From assembly GCA_002269645.1 (NCBI GenBank), contig NIVC01000390.1, positions 124,001 to 188,000 on the forward strand: a DNA stretch of 64,000 nt, in the 5' to 3' direction. Below the pieces are notes generated by a model that was not told the DNA's origin, ran no database searches, and saw only the letters and a program-made list of their open reading frames with translations. Position 1 is the stretch's first letter; every line of letters begins with the position of its first letter. The DNA comes from Macrostomum lignano (taxonomy: Eukaryota). Of this stretch, positions 51,601 to 61,027 are shown piece by piece. Made by a program: the position numbers and the translations under genes.

Positions 51601-53197
51601 GTGCCATGACCTGATATTCGAACTGGCCTCTGGTAAGGGTGGAAAAGGCTGTCATAAATTTGTGCTCCTCTTTGATAGGTACCTGCCAGTATCCAGAGTT
51701 TAAATCTAGACTACTGAAGTACTTGCTTCCAGATAACTGAGCGAAAGTCTCTTGTATGTTCGGTAATGGATATGGGTAATAGTTCACTCTCGAATTCAGG
51801 ACCCTGAAGTCACTGACGATTCTTATGGATCCATCCTTCTTAGGAACTATCACTAGCGGCGTCGAATAAGTACTATAGCACGGTCGGATCAGGTTCTTAG
51901 CAAGCATGTCGTCAAGTTGCTCATCTACTTGCTTTTGCAGATGTGGTGGAATTCTGCGTGTTGGAATCCTGACCGGTGTGGTATCTTTTAGAGATATTTC
52001 ATGAGTCACAAGATGGGTGAGACCCATGTCTTGGTTGGTCTGCGAAAATGCTTCCTTGTTCTTCTTTAGCAAATCGATCACTAGTCCTTTCTGTTCTGAT
52101 GTTAGCTCTTCTCCTAAATCGATCTCGTTTATCCAGCTGTACTCACTCTCTTCACTCTTCACTGTCCTAATTGTATCATCTGAACTGGCTTGACCTTTGC
52201 TGTTAATAGAGTAGGCCAGGCCTCCTGGCTTCAAGGGTTTGGCCACTCCAATCAGCGTAGATCTTGTCAGTCTGATATCGTCATTCTGTCGATTGATTAT
52301 TTCCACTACTCCTGTTCCATCGTTCATGGTCACTAGAGTAGGAATCATCTCTAAGGAATTTCTCTTCGTAGTCACTTGGCCTCCAATGGTGTCAATGACC
52401 ATTGGCGTTCCATAGTTGGCTTCTGATCCTTTAGTCATTCTAATTGGAATTCGAAGAGCGCTATTCGCTGGTATAGTCACGCTGTTATGGCTGTAGATTC
52501 GGCAAACCCGTACGGGTAATTTTGTAAACTGAATTGGGATGCAGGTTCCTTCTTTTAATACAAGCATTCCTCTGGAAAGGCTGATGCTGTCGCAGAAGTT
52601 CATGAAGAACTCCATCCCGAGTATGTCGTCACACTCGTGATTGCACAGCAGGAACTCTGTCTCAATCTCTATCTCTCCGAATCGTATTTTCGTTCTGACT
52701 TCTCCTTCAATTCGCACACTTGATCCGTCAAACGTAGTCACTCTTCGAGTAGTCAACTCAATTTCATCACTTCTGAACATCTTTTTCCAAGTACTCTTGC
52801 TTAGGAAATTATGTCCAGCTCCTGTGTCTAGCAAGAAGTAGACCTTTCGGTTTCTTAGCATTCCATTGACGACTGCTTCTCGTCCTTTTCTCTCCGTATC
52901 TTCTTCGAATTCTCTCTTCGAATGCTCATTCGGAATTACTGTACTTTGTACTTTATTATTCGGCCTACTGTGGCTAGCAGACGCATGACTAGGTGCAAGC
53001 GGCATATGTACACGAGGTGCAAAATTTTTATTTGGTTTTCTGTGAAATTTATTGAATTCGGCATGCGTTCTGCTGTTACTATACTGTCTGGCATTACTTC
53101 GATACGCATTATTTACAAATTCAGAGGCCTGAAATTCGCGATAATTGTTGCTAGAGGGACGTGGCCTCGCAAAGCGGCCCTCGCTACTCAGTTTCCC
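48686..53197 (-). CDS. pol: Element B Pol (PR-RT-RH-IN), translated by -1 frameshift from gag
   Basis: The -1 frame is open from GGGAAAC (53191-53197) into the 1439-aa ORF; LLDTGAG, YIDD, RNase H and integrase motifs are intact. Confidence 0.95.
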   Translation of the reverse strand, partial: GKLSSEGRFARPRPSSNNYREFQASEFVNNAYRSNARQYSNSRTHAEFNKFHRKPNKNFAPRVHMPLAPSHASASHSRPNNKVQSTVIPNEHSKREFEEDTERKGREAVVNGMLRNRKVYFLLDTGAGHNFLSKSTWKKMFRSDEIELTTRRVTTFDGSSVRIEGEVRTKIRFGEIEIETEFLLCNHECDDILGMEFFMNFCDSISLSRGMLVLKEGTCIPIQFTKLPVRVCRIYSHNSVTIPANSALRIPIRMTKGSEANYGTPMVIDTIGGQVTTKRNSLEMIPTLVTMNDGTGVVEIINRQNDDIRLTRSTLIGVAKPLKPGGLAYSINSKGQASSDDTIRTVKSEESEYSWINEIDLGEELTSEQKGLVIDLLKKNKEAFSQTNQDMGLTHLVTHEISLKDTTPVRIPTRRIPPHLQKQVDEQLDDMLAKNLIRPCYSTYSTPLVIVPKKDGSIRIVSDFRVLNSRVNYYPYPLPNIQETFAQLSGSKYFSSLDLNSGYWQVPIKEEHKFMTAFSTLTRGQFEYQVMAQGLSNAPGTFQRLMNLVLMGIQHKFAMSYIDDIVTYSEKFEDHLGHLQEVFQRLISAGLKLRPKKCNLFQKELKYLGHIVGREGIRTDPAKIEAIQSWPTPKEVKELRSFLGLCNYYCRFVKNYAEAAHPLFQLTKKGIQNFREKWTKKHDEAFQQLKQRMTSTEVLAYPEFSENENVRMVLDTDASEDRIGACLGQIQSDGVERPIAYFSRAMKESEKRYPITRKELLALVDGMKHFRFYLIGKRFLARTDHKAILWLLRQTEAQGILGRWIERLSEFQYDIEHRSGAKHSNADGLSRRPSEPPVEQKDAKIKENEAEIPKMTIETSAVKQVVTNSVKDQSCQTDFTEEYESDSEDEFADDEYEDASDQFEDNDDIYEDARDYFEEEETVCRKLLTDYLSVPLKKEQLTSAQHADPSIRTLMDWKQKKVREPKLPENASGELKKMVKFYEQMKIEDEMLTVSEDGKRKVVLPERIEKDVFKELHDSPLAGHLGRDKTLQRVRDRFWRPGLVTAVEKYIAECIPCLESKSGNKVRAPVQTFPICEPFHRLHIDLIGPISKESRRGHRYVLTVVDSTTKFPFAFPVRNQKSATVIKTIQERIFSEYGQCQWIHTDNGKTFVSHQFQAFCTLYGIKHTCTTPYHAQSNGLVERFNKQIKSIVTCLIEKDHSDWDLLIPAALVAVRTSVNQTTGFTPHYLLFGREADLPIDSIVKRPRLYRDYPSYVLDHAKRIEETKAIVRRQLEKVREKRQEDEVENRQPKNVPVGCLALINNPQLHQEESHKFHRKKRAAYRVLAKISDTVFRVQREINGERSGEKLLVHRNNLTPVPKSEIDLPEEINNNLKPAPVPTKKKEQPKPKKRICHRQKEVRIPEVQILEEESSDEENRIQWRVFADPNSQSENEGNEEVNSENTERATDSDEPSEEEEGALELEEERVQPENRYNFRMTQRRREREGATGFVPRRRYAKYLAP

Positions 53198-54192
53198 TGC
53201 TGCTTCTGGTAGTCCATCACTCGCTGACCGTTTGGCCTAGCGCTCTGGCAATTCCTCGCCATGTGGCCAAGCTTCCCGCAATTGTAGCAGGCTCGAGGCT
53301 GCTGCTGTTGCTGTGGCTGCCTGTTGAACTGAGGCTGACCGCGCCATACTGGCTGCTGCTGCTGCTGCTGCTGCGGCCGATATCTCGGCTGCTGCGGCGG
53401 TCCAGCGACCTGAGCGTACGTTTGATATTGATTCTGCGGATGATACTGCTGACGGCTAGCTCTCTTCTCTTCCATCAGCTCCTCAATCGCCTTCTTCTGT
53501 TGCTCTAACTCTGCTCTCTGCTTCTTGATGATGTCCTCAAGCTTCTCCTGATCTGCCTTCTGCTCACTCTCGCCTTCGCCTTTGGCCATTCTCATGTTGA
53601 AATTCTTGTGAGACATGTTCCACGCAGCCTCCATCCTTCTTAGCATTCTTCTAGCCTCTTGTAAATTGCCTGGCTGCGCAAAGATTAGCTTCTCACGGGT
53701 CTCTGACGGAATTCTGATTCCCTTGATGAATTGCTCAACAATTTCTTCTTCCCTTTGCTCAACCGTCATATTCGGAAATGCACGCGATGCCAGCTCGATC
53801 AAACAGTCTGCGAAAGTCTCTACAGGCTCATTTCTGCCTTGCATTCTTCCACGAAACTCCTCTCTGAATTCTGCGGAACTACCGATTCTTCCGAATCGCT
53901 CAATCAGTCGCTCTTTGAACTCTTCGTATTCAAGATCCTCGGGCAGATTTAGGCGCTGTACCGCTGCGAATGCAGTGGACAGGTCCAGATTAGCTAGCAA
54001 TTCCTGCTTCCTATGTTCCTCATCTATCCCTTCTACTTCACAGCGCTGATCGAAGGCTGTTAGCCAGATCCGAATGTCTTGCGTAGGTGTGAATTTCTGA
54101 ATCTTAACGTGTCTCATCGGCCCTATCTCTAGTCGGTTTCGCAATTCTTCTGCCAGCATGGCGATGGCATCATTAGCCTGATTCTGATTCAT
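53188..54192 (-). CDS. gag: Element B Gag with CCHC zinc knuckle
   Basis: CYNCGKLGHMARNC; highly similar to A Gag. Confidence 0.95.
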   Translation of the reverse strand: MNQNQANDAIAMLAEELRNRLEIGPMRHVKIQKFTPTQDIRIWLTAFDQRCEVEGIDEEHRKQELLANLDLSTAFAAVQRLNLPEDLEYEEFKERLIERFGRIGSSAEFREEFRGRMQGRNEPVETFADCLIELASRAFPNMTVEQREEEIVEQFIKGIRIPSETREKLIFAQPGNLQEARRMLRRMEAAWNMSHKNFNMRMAKGEGESEQKADQEKLEDIIKKQRAELEQQKKAIEELMEEKRASRQQYHPQNQYQTYAQVAGPPQQPRYRPQQQQQQQPVWRGQPQFNRQPQQQQQPRACYNCGKLGHMARNCQSARPNGQRVMDYQKQQGN

Positions 54193-54327
54193 CTTCTCTC
54201 TATGAAAAACTTTTCAAATTATTCTTCGGAATTCTTCTGAATCTAGTTTTGAGAGTTCGCGCCGTTTCTCTAATCCTTATCGCTGCCACCAGCTGTGACA
54301 GGCCTTTTGGCTCTGTCTTTCTGAACA

Positions 54328-54345
54328 ATCCCACCGCTGCCACCA
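54328..54345 (-). promoter_or_regulatory. Element B primer-binding site, perfect 18-nt complement of the tRNA-Leu(AAG) 3' end
   Basis: TGGTGGCAGCGGTGGGAT lies 2 nt after the LTR end and complements ...ATCCCACCGCTGCCA-CCA (tRNA recalled from the metazoan consensus). Confidence 0.88.
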
Positions 54346-54347
54346 GC

Positions 54348-55180
54348 TGTGACAGGCCTTTTGGCTCTGTCTTTCTAAACTTCTAACTATTAGTGTTTAT
54401 TAAATATCCTACGAGCTGCCACCAAAGTTGTGGTAGGGGTATTCCCGTACGGTACAAAATCCTACCGCTGTAACCAAAGTTGTGACAAGGCTTACTTCTG
54501 TCCCTACAAATTATCCCTCTATTGCCACCAAGTTGTAACAGGGGTTATTTCTGTTTGCCAACTACAGTTATCCTGATTATACTTGTTTTTACTCCCTAAC
54601 TATTTCTTAGAATTTCATTTAAATATTTCTGGGTAGCGTTCTTAGTAGCGTTTCTGGTAGCGTTCTGGTAGCTTATGGCCTGCTTTCTGGTAGCGTTCTG
54701 GTAGCTTATGGCCTGAGCGGTCTAGTACTGATATATGTATTAGTGAATAGTCCTAATCGGGCGTTCACCGAGACTAGAGGGTCACGGCGCCTCTCTTGGT
54801 ATATCTCCAAGAATTAGTCCCAATTCCCTTCTCTTAGCAAATTTCTTAGAATCGTTTCACAGGTTTTGCAAATAAATAAGTCGCTATTTAGCTCAAAGAC
54901 TTTGAAATGGTTTAGATTGAACTGCTTATTCTGTTCGCAATTATTTGCTCACGAGTAAAAGACAGTTAGAGTATATTTGTCGCGAAACCGCTCCTATATA
55001 TAGTGATTTTCCCCACATACAATTAAAACAAAAAAATAATTCTCCAATTTATTTCGCGCATTAAAACAAACTATTATTTGGCGTTCGCGTAGATTCAGTT
55101 TCTAAGAAAGATTCGAATATACAGTTATTACATTGAAAGAACATTCGAGTATACTATGATAAAGGCATAGCACTAGTACA
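54348..55180 (-). repeat. Element B 5' LTR
   Basis: Copy of 46293-47124; TATA box CACTATATATAGGAG. Confidence 0.93.
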
Positions 55181-55589
55181 AGATCTAGGCCTATTCATTC
55201 AATTTAATATTCTTAATATATAAATTTATTTATAAGTATATAAAACAATAATGAACCTTTAAAACAATCAAACCTAAGCATAAATCCATAGTTATAAAAA
55301 TAGTATAATATGTACTAAAATAATTTTTTTAGAAAAAAATCAATATGGTATATATATAATATTGGGTTGTAACAAATTTTCAGCATTTTAATACTTAATT
55401 TTGAATTCATTTTTCTAGTCACTTAGTAGTATTTTTCTAGGATAAAGTCATTATCCTAATCAGTGATCAATAAGATTATGGTGCCTTTTTAAACTCTAGT
55501 AGCCTTAGTAACAATTGAAGTATTTTTTGAGCTAGGCTTTTATCTCATCATTGTATTTGAATGTCATATCATTTAATAACTCTATACAG

Positions 55590-56340
55590 AATAGACTAGG
55601 TAGTAGTCTGATAGCACAAGATTAGATTAAGAAGCAAGATTAGGGAAGCATGAAGCCTGCAGACCCCAAGCCAATTGTCAGTGTGGCCTGCAACCTGTAG
55701 AAGGTTGGGGACCCGACCTATTGACCTATTTTGTGCACTTTGCTAAGTTGATAAAAGCTATAATTGATAGTCATGGCAAAGACCTTAAAGTACTTTGCCA
55801 TTTCACATATTATAGGAGTTTTAACAAGTAGGGCTAGTAAGGCTAGCACTTCCTGAAAAGGACTTTATATAGATAAACTAGCTGATCTTGCATATAGATG
55901 GAGTTGATAGTGGTCTTTTCTAGCAGATAGTCAACTATCAAAACTCTGCAAGTATCAAACCATAGTGTGCACATGATGTTGCATATCTAAGCCAATTTCA
56001 TTTGCTTCATGTATGGCTGATAGCCTCTGGGATCTACATTGACTGCTACTTAGTAAGTGGGTTAAACATCAGGAGCTATGTCTTATCTATGGTGATAAGA
56101 AGTCATTTAAATTCCTTATTATCAACTTGTTGCCACACTTGCAAGTTTTCTATAGCACACTGAACTCATTGCCTTTTTTGATCTAGGATCAACTCACATG
56201 GCACCCACTTAGTGCTTACTCTTGACCAAATGATTTCCTTGGGATATGGCTCATCGATTTTAGTATATGGAAGTCCTTTAAAAAGCTTTGAACATTTTTT
56301 GGCTCTGTCGTGAATTCGCACTTGCAAACAAAACTCTGCC
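55590..56340 (-). pseudogene. Decayed mariner transposase
   Basis: KWVPCEL (WVPHEL motif), LLITIDKT (IVTGDET), VDYLLEKTTINSIY and LSDYYL (DLAPSDYYLF), across stops and frameshifts. Confidence 0.75.
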
Positions 56341-56398
56341 ATCCTCCAGACTAGCAGCAACTCGGTTGTCTAGCAAAAATTTTTACTGTAATAAATAA

Positions 56399-56653
56399 AT
56401 GACGGCAGCCAGCAGCAATAGCGGCGACGATGTCAGCTGTAGCAACTGGGAACAAAATGGGGAAATCTGCCGTGGCTCCGGCTATGGCAAAGTTGTCTCT
56501 GTTGCGGCTGCCGCCGCAGCTGCCGCCGCCGCAGCCCAGCAACTGCCGTTCTGCTTTGTGCCGCCGTTCACTAGTTTAGAACAGCGGGCCAAGCTCGATT
56601 CGGCGAAACGATTTGTTACCGAGTTAAATATTCGAGCCGTGATTGCTAAACAG
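56399..56653 (+). CDS. PUF60: PUF60-like splicing factor, exon 1
   Basis: ATG at 56399 and CAG|gtacga donor. EQRAKLDSAKRFVTELNIRAVIAKQ parallels the PUF60 pre-RRM helix. Confidence 0.8.
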
Positions 56654-56731
56654 GTACGAATTACAGCCTTCTATTGGTGTACGCTTTTTACATTTGGGTT
56701 CATTGCTCTGGATAAGTCAGCTTTGCTATGG

Positions 56732-57268
56732 CAAGGTCTACTCAATTAGCAGGATGGGAAACCTCGTTTCTTGAAAAATTTTAGGATGCAGGTTTTGTCC
56801 GAAAAAATACTACTGAGTTTTCATTTTTTGGCACAAAAATTGTTTATTGCTTTCGATATGAGGCAGACCCAATGTTCATCTTTTGATACAACAACAACAA
56901 CAACAAAGTGCTTCACCCGCCAGCCACGCAGTACAATTGTACATCTCCTGTGACCTGTAAACTATTACTATTTTATCATTCTTAGCTGACTGTGTGACAA
57001 TATGTGTAACAGTAACAGAAGATGATAAAACAAATTTATAAAACAAAAGAGTCGAGCTGTGTCACGCATTTTATTACTTTTACGCACAGGGAATGTACGT
57101 AGAGTAAAAAATAACATATAGAATCCTAATGTTCTGAACGGAAAGTGATAACAATTTTTGTGCCGAAAAAATGAAATCTCTTAATCTCCGTAATGTATTT
57201 TTTCGGAAAAAGCTGCCTCTTAGGTTTTCTAAGAAACGAGGTCTCCCGTCCTACGTGAGTAGACCTTG
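56732..57268. mobile_element. CAAGG-terminated MITE related to 17502-18199, in PUF60 intron 1
   Basis: TIRs CAAGGTCTACTCA..GGA(T/C)GGGA(A/G)ACCTCGTTTCTT; degenerate TSD TGCTATGG/GGCTATGA. Confidence 0.75.
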
Positions 57269-57381
57269 GGCTATGATAGTTAAATGCCTCGTTGACGCCC
57301 TTGCCATAGAGCTGCCTATTTGTTTACTAAAGTGTCTCAGAAATTGTTTTATTACAGTTCTAATTACTTATTAAACTCTAG

Positions 57382-57921
57382 GCGACTCTGCAGATGCAAC
57401 AGCCGCAGGCGCAGGCGCAGCAGCCGCAGGCGAAGCCGCCCAGACAGCCAATCACAATGCTCTGCCGAATCTACGTTGGCAACATTGGCTACGATATCGA
57501 CGAAGACGGCGTCCGTGTCGCTTTCTCGCCGTTCGGATCAATTAAAGCGGTGGAAATGGGCTGGGACGCTACGCGCACTAAGCACAAGGGATTTGCCTTT
57601 GTCGAATACGAACTGCCTGAGGCGGCCGCATTGGCCATTGCTGGCATGAACGGAGCACCATTGGGCATGCGCAGCATCCGGGTCAGCCGGCCAAACAATG
57701 TCACCGACGCCTCCCAGGTTATTGACGAGATGATCAAGGAGTCCGATTTGCAGAATTGGCTCTACGTGGCCAATGTTAGACGGGATTTGAGCGAAGGCGA
57801 TCTGCGTCTCGTGTTCGAGGCCTTCGGCTCCGTGCTCCAGTGCGTGCTGGCCCCCGCTACCGAGGCCGAGGCGGCTAACGGCGACAAGCACAGGGGATTC
57901 GGCTACCTGCAGTATGAGACG
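57382..57921 (+). CDS. PUF60: PUF60-like splicing factor, exon 2 (RRM1 and most of RRM2)
   Basis: tag|GCG...ACG|gtcagt. CRIYVGNI, FSPFGSIKAVEMGWD..KHKGFAFVEYELPEAA, LYVANV..DLSE and HRGFGYLQY are present. Confidence 0.92.
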
Positions 57922-58530
57922 GTCAGTGTATCAGTGATTTGGTTCTTGGGTGAATCAGTGATTTGGTGATTGTGCTAATCAGTGATATGGTGAGTGTGCT
58001 AATCAGTGATTTAGTGATTGTGTGAATCAGTGATATGGTGATTGTGTGAATCAGTGATTTGGTGATAGTGCTAATCAGTGATATGGTGAGTGTGCTAATC
58101 AGTGATTTAGTGATTGTGTGAATCAGTGATTTGGTCATTGTGTGAATCAGTGATATGGTGATTGTGTGAATCAGTGATATGGTGATTGTGTGAATCAGTG
58201 ATATGGTGATAGTGCTAATCAGTGATATGGTGAGTGTGCTAATCAGTGATTTAGTGATTGTGTGAATCAGTGATTTGGTGATTGTGTGAATCAGTGATAT
58301 GGTGATTGTGTGAATCAGTGATTTGGTGATTGTGTTAATCAGTGATATGGTGATTGTGTGAATCAGTGATATGGTGATTGTGTGAATCAGTGACATGGTG
58401 ATTGTGCTAATCAGTGATATGGTGACTGCTAATCAATGATTTGGTGAGTGTGCTAATCAGTGATTTAGTGATTGTGTGAATCAGTGACATGCTGATTGTG
58501 TGAATCACTGATTTGGTGAGTGCGTGAATC
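57922..58530 (+). repeat. 24-bp minisatellite (GTGATTGTGTGAATCAGTGATATG) starting at the PUF60 intron 2 donor
   Basis: Direct reading. Confidence 0.93.
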
Positions 58531-58760
58531 AGTACTCGAGTCTTTAGGTCTATCAGTGGTGAATTATGTTTTTATTGATTTGTTAAATCTAAATATACTA
58601 AATTACTAATCATATAGACGGAATAAATAAATGCGTATTTTTGTTTGCTTTTTATCTCGAAATAAGCCAAATTAAAACATTAATTTCTTTTCATGTCTAC
58701 TTGTAGTAACATTGTAAGGTGCATTTCAACATCAACTAGTTTTTGTAAAAAAACCTTCAG

Positions 58761-59051
58761 GCCCAAGAGGCTACGGAATCGATGAAGAACATGAAAACAT
58801 TCGACCTCGGCGGCCAGGTGCTTCGAGTCGGCCGGGCCGCCACCGCTCCGGAGAAATCCGTGCCCCATCTGCTGCGAGAGCCGCCGCCGCCGAAAAACAA
58901 CAACGCCGACCAGAGCGAATCAAGTTCGACAACGGCAACAAATTTTCAGACTGAGGCCGAGTCTGCGGCTTGTAGTTTAAAAAGCGGAGCGGCGCAAATC
59001 TTGTCCGCGAATAACTCTGTTGCCCAGGGTAACGGAGACAGCGGCAGCTAG
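58761..59051 (+). CDS. PUF60: PUF60-like splicing factor, exon 3 (end of RRM2); ends at the TAG or at a donor near 59028
   Basis: ttcag|GCC phase 0; MKTFDLGGQVLRVGRA matches PUF60 FDLGGQYLRVGKA. Confidence 0.85.
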   Translation, partial: AQEATESMKNMKTFDLGGQVLRVGRAATAPEKSVPHLLREPPPPKNNNADQSESSSTTATNFQTEAESAACSLKSGAAQILSANNSVAQGNGDSGS

Positions 59052-59319
59052 TTGGTCTCGTGTGTGTCCCCCGCGTCTCTTTCTAAACCCTCTGTCTCCC
59101 TTTGTCATGTCTAGTGAGAGCAGTTTTATTTTCAAAAGGTTTTTTAACTGCCAACTAGTGCGAATCCAGATCGCTAAGTTCTGATATGTTGTTTACTCTC
59201 TGCAGATCTGACTTGGCCATGATATTCTCTTGGGATACTTCATTTCGTTTGTCGTACTTCCATATCCTAATGGACTAGTAATGGAACTTTTCTGGGAGAT
59301 TTTCAGAGAGCTCCACCAT

Positions 59320-59830
59320 TTCCACCCTTCACAGATCCTCAGTTGCTGGGGGGCCACCTGCCACCTTCACAGATCCTTAGTTTTTGCTGGGCCACCCTCT
59401 CAAACCCTCAGTTGCTTGGCCAGCCTCCCAGATCCTCAGCTGCTGGGCCACTTGCCACCTTCACAGATCCTTAGTTTTTGCTGGGCCACCCTCTCAAACC
59501 CTCAGTTGCTTGGCCAGCCTCCCAGATCCTCAGTTGCTGGGCCAGTCTCCCAGATCCTCAGCTGCTGGGCCACCTTCCAAGATCCTCAGTTGCTGGATCA
59601 GTCTCCCAGATCCTCAGTTGCTGGGCCAGTCTCCTAGATCCTCAGTTGCTGGGCCAGTCTCCCAGATCCTCAGTTGCTGGGCCAGTCTCCTAGATCCTCA
59701 GTTGCTGGGCCAGTCTCCCAGATCCTCAGTTGCTGGGCCAGCCTCCCAGATCCTCAGTTGCTGGGCCAGTCTCCTAGATCCTCAGTTGCTGGGCCAGTCT
59801 CCCAGATCCTCAGTTGCTAGGCCGTCCTCC
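59320..59830 (+). repeat. 28-bp minisatellite (TCCCAGATCCTCAGTTGCTGGGCCAGTC)
   Basis: Direct reading. Confidence 0.9.
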
Positions 59831-61027
59831 CCAGTTGCTGGGCCGCCACTACTTCAGACTGCGGCGGTTTGATATAATACTTGTCGATAAGTAATAGATA
59901 TTTTAGTTAATATGCTTCATATGTAACTGTAAATTGTATTTGTATTCAAATGATAATGAACTTCAGTTTAAAAGCAGCATTTTGTAATTAAAGTAATGAT
60001 CTGGACTTTTTAGCCAGTTTTTATGATCGAACTTGGTGTCCGAATTCCTTAACAGTAATGCCCGGGGTGCAATCGGTGTAACGCAAAACAGAATCCGAGC
60101 GCAGCTGTCTCAAATCTTCTACCTGGATTAGATAATATTAATTAACGCGCAGCTTCTCTCCCCAGAGTCATCTAGCTAGTATGCGTAATTGTCCCCTTAC
60201 TCTGTCCCGTTATGGCGTTTCTAATTTGTAAAGTCTATGTATATCCTTATTAGTATCCTTACTAGCGTAAATTTTGTCTATTATGGCAGCCTGTTTATGC
60301 GTTCTAATAATAAACAATTTAATATGTCTCCGTATTCATAATGCGCTTAATTGCAGTTTGCGAATGATTCATTGTGCAAAGATTAAATTAATCTAGTTTG
60401 GCTTAACAATTTGGCAAGTATTTGTGTACTAGAAAAATTAAAAAGGCTTTTGCGACTATGATGAACTCACATACGATCGTATGCAATTTCTTTATTATAT
60501 AGCTTCATTGTTCTGTCACTAAGATTGGAACTAGTTGCTATATTCATATCTCTTTATGAATAGCCTAGCATAAATTCTCATTACATAACAGTGGCGATTC
60601 ACAATCAATCAGTTCCTTATTTGTCAGTGGTGACAATGCATAGTAAACTTTGATTAAGCGAAGGCTCTGGTAAAAGGCTAGTATAGAATAAGTTTATATA
60701 TTTCCAATAAAATTGACGATTTCTTTTAACTGGTCTTCTGACTTGCTGCATGCAGCAAATGAAGCTGACAATAGCAATGTGTGTCATAGCGTGTGTCAGG
60801 ACACATACATGTAGACTTTAAATTAAGCACCTTGAATTTGGACCCGAGATGCCAAATTGGCACTCTGCCGTTTCCCAGCTGGATTTCCATTTAATTTAAG
60901 TTACCTTTTTTAATCTGATTTAAGTTTAATGAAATTATGGCTAAAATGCTGAGCTTCGATCCCACACCCTAACATTGTACCGTAATTGGGTACAAAGCTG
61001 CAAGAATATGCAATCTGATTTTTCATA

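Larger units (their letters stand above)
46293..55180 (-). mobile_element. Intact Ty3/gypsy LTR retrotransposon B, 8888 bp, probably very recent
   Basis: LTRs 46293-47124 (832 bp) and 54348-55180 (833 bp) differ by only a 1-bp G indel that I could find. TSD AGAT; PBS, PPT and three open ORFs present. Confidence 0.97.
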
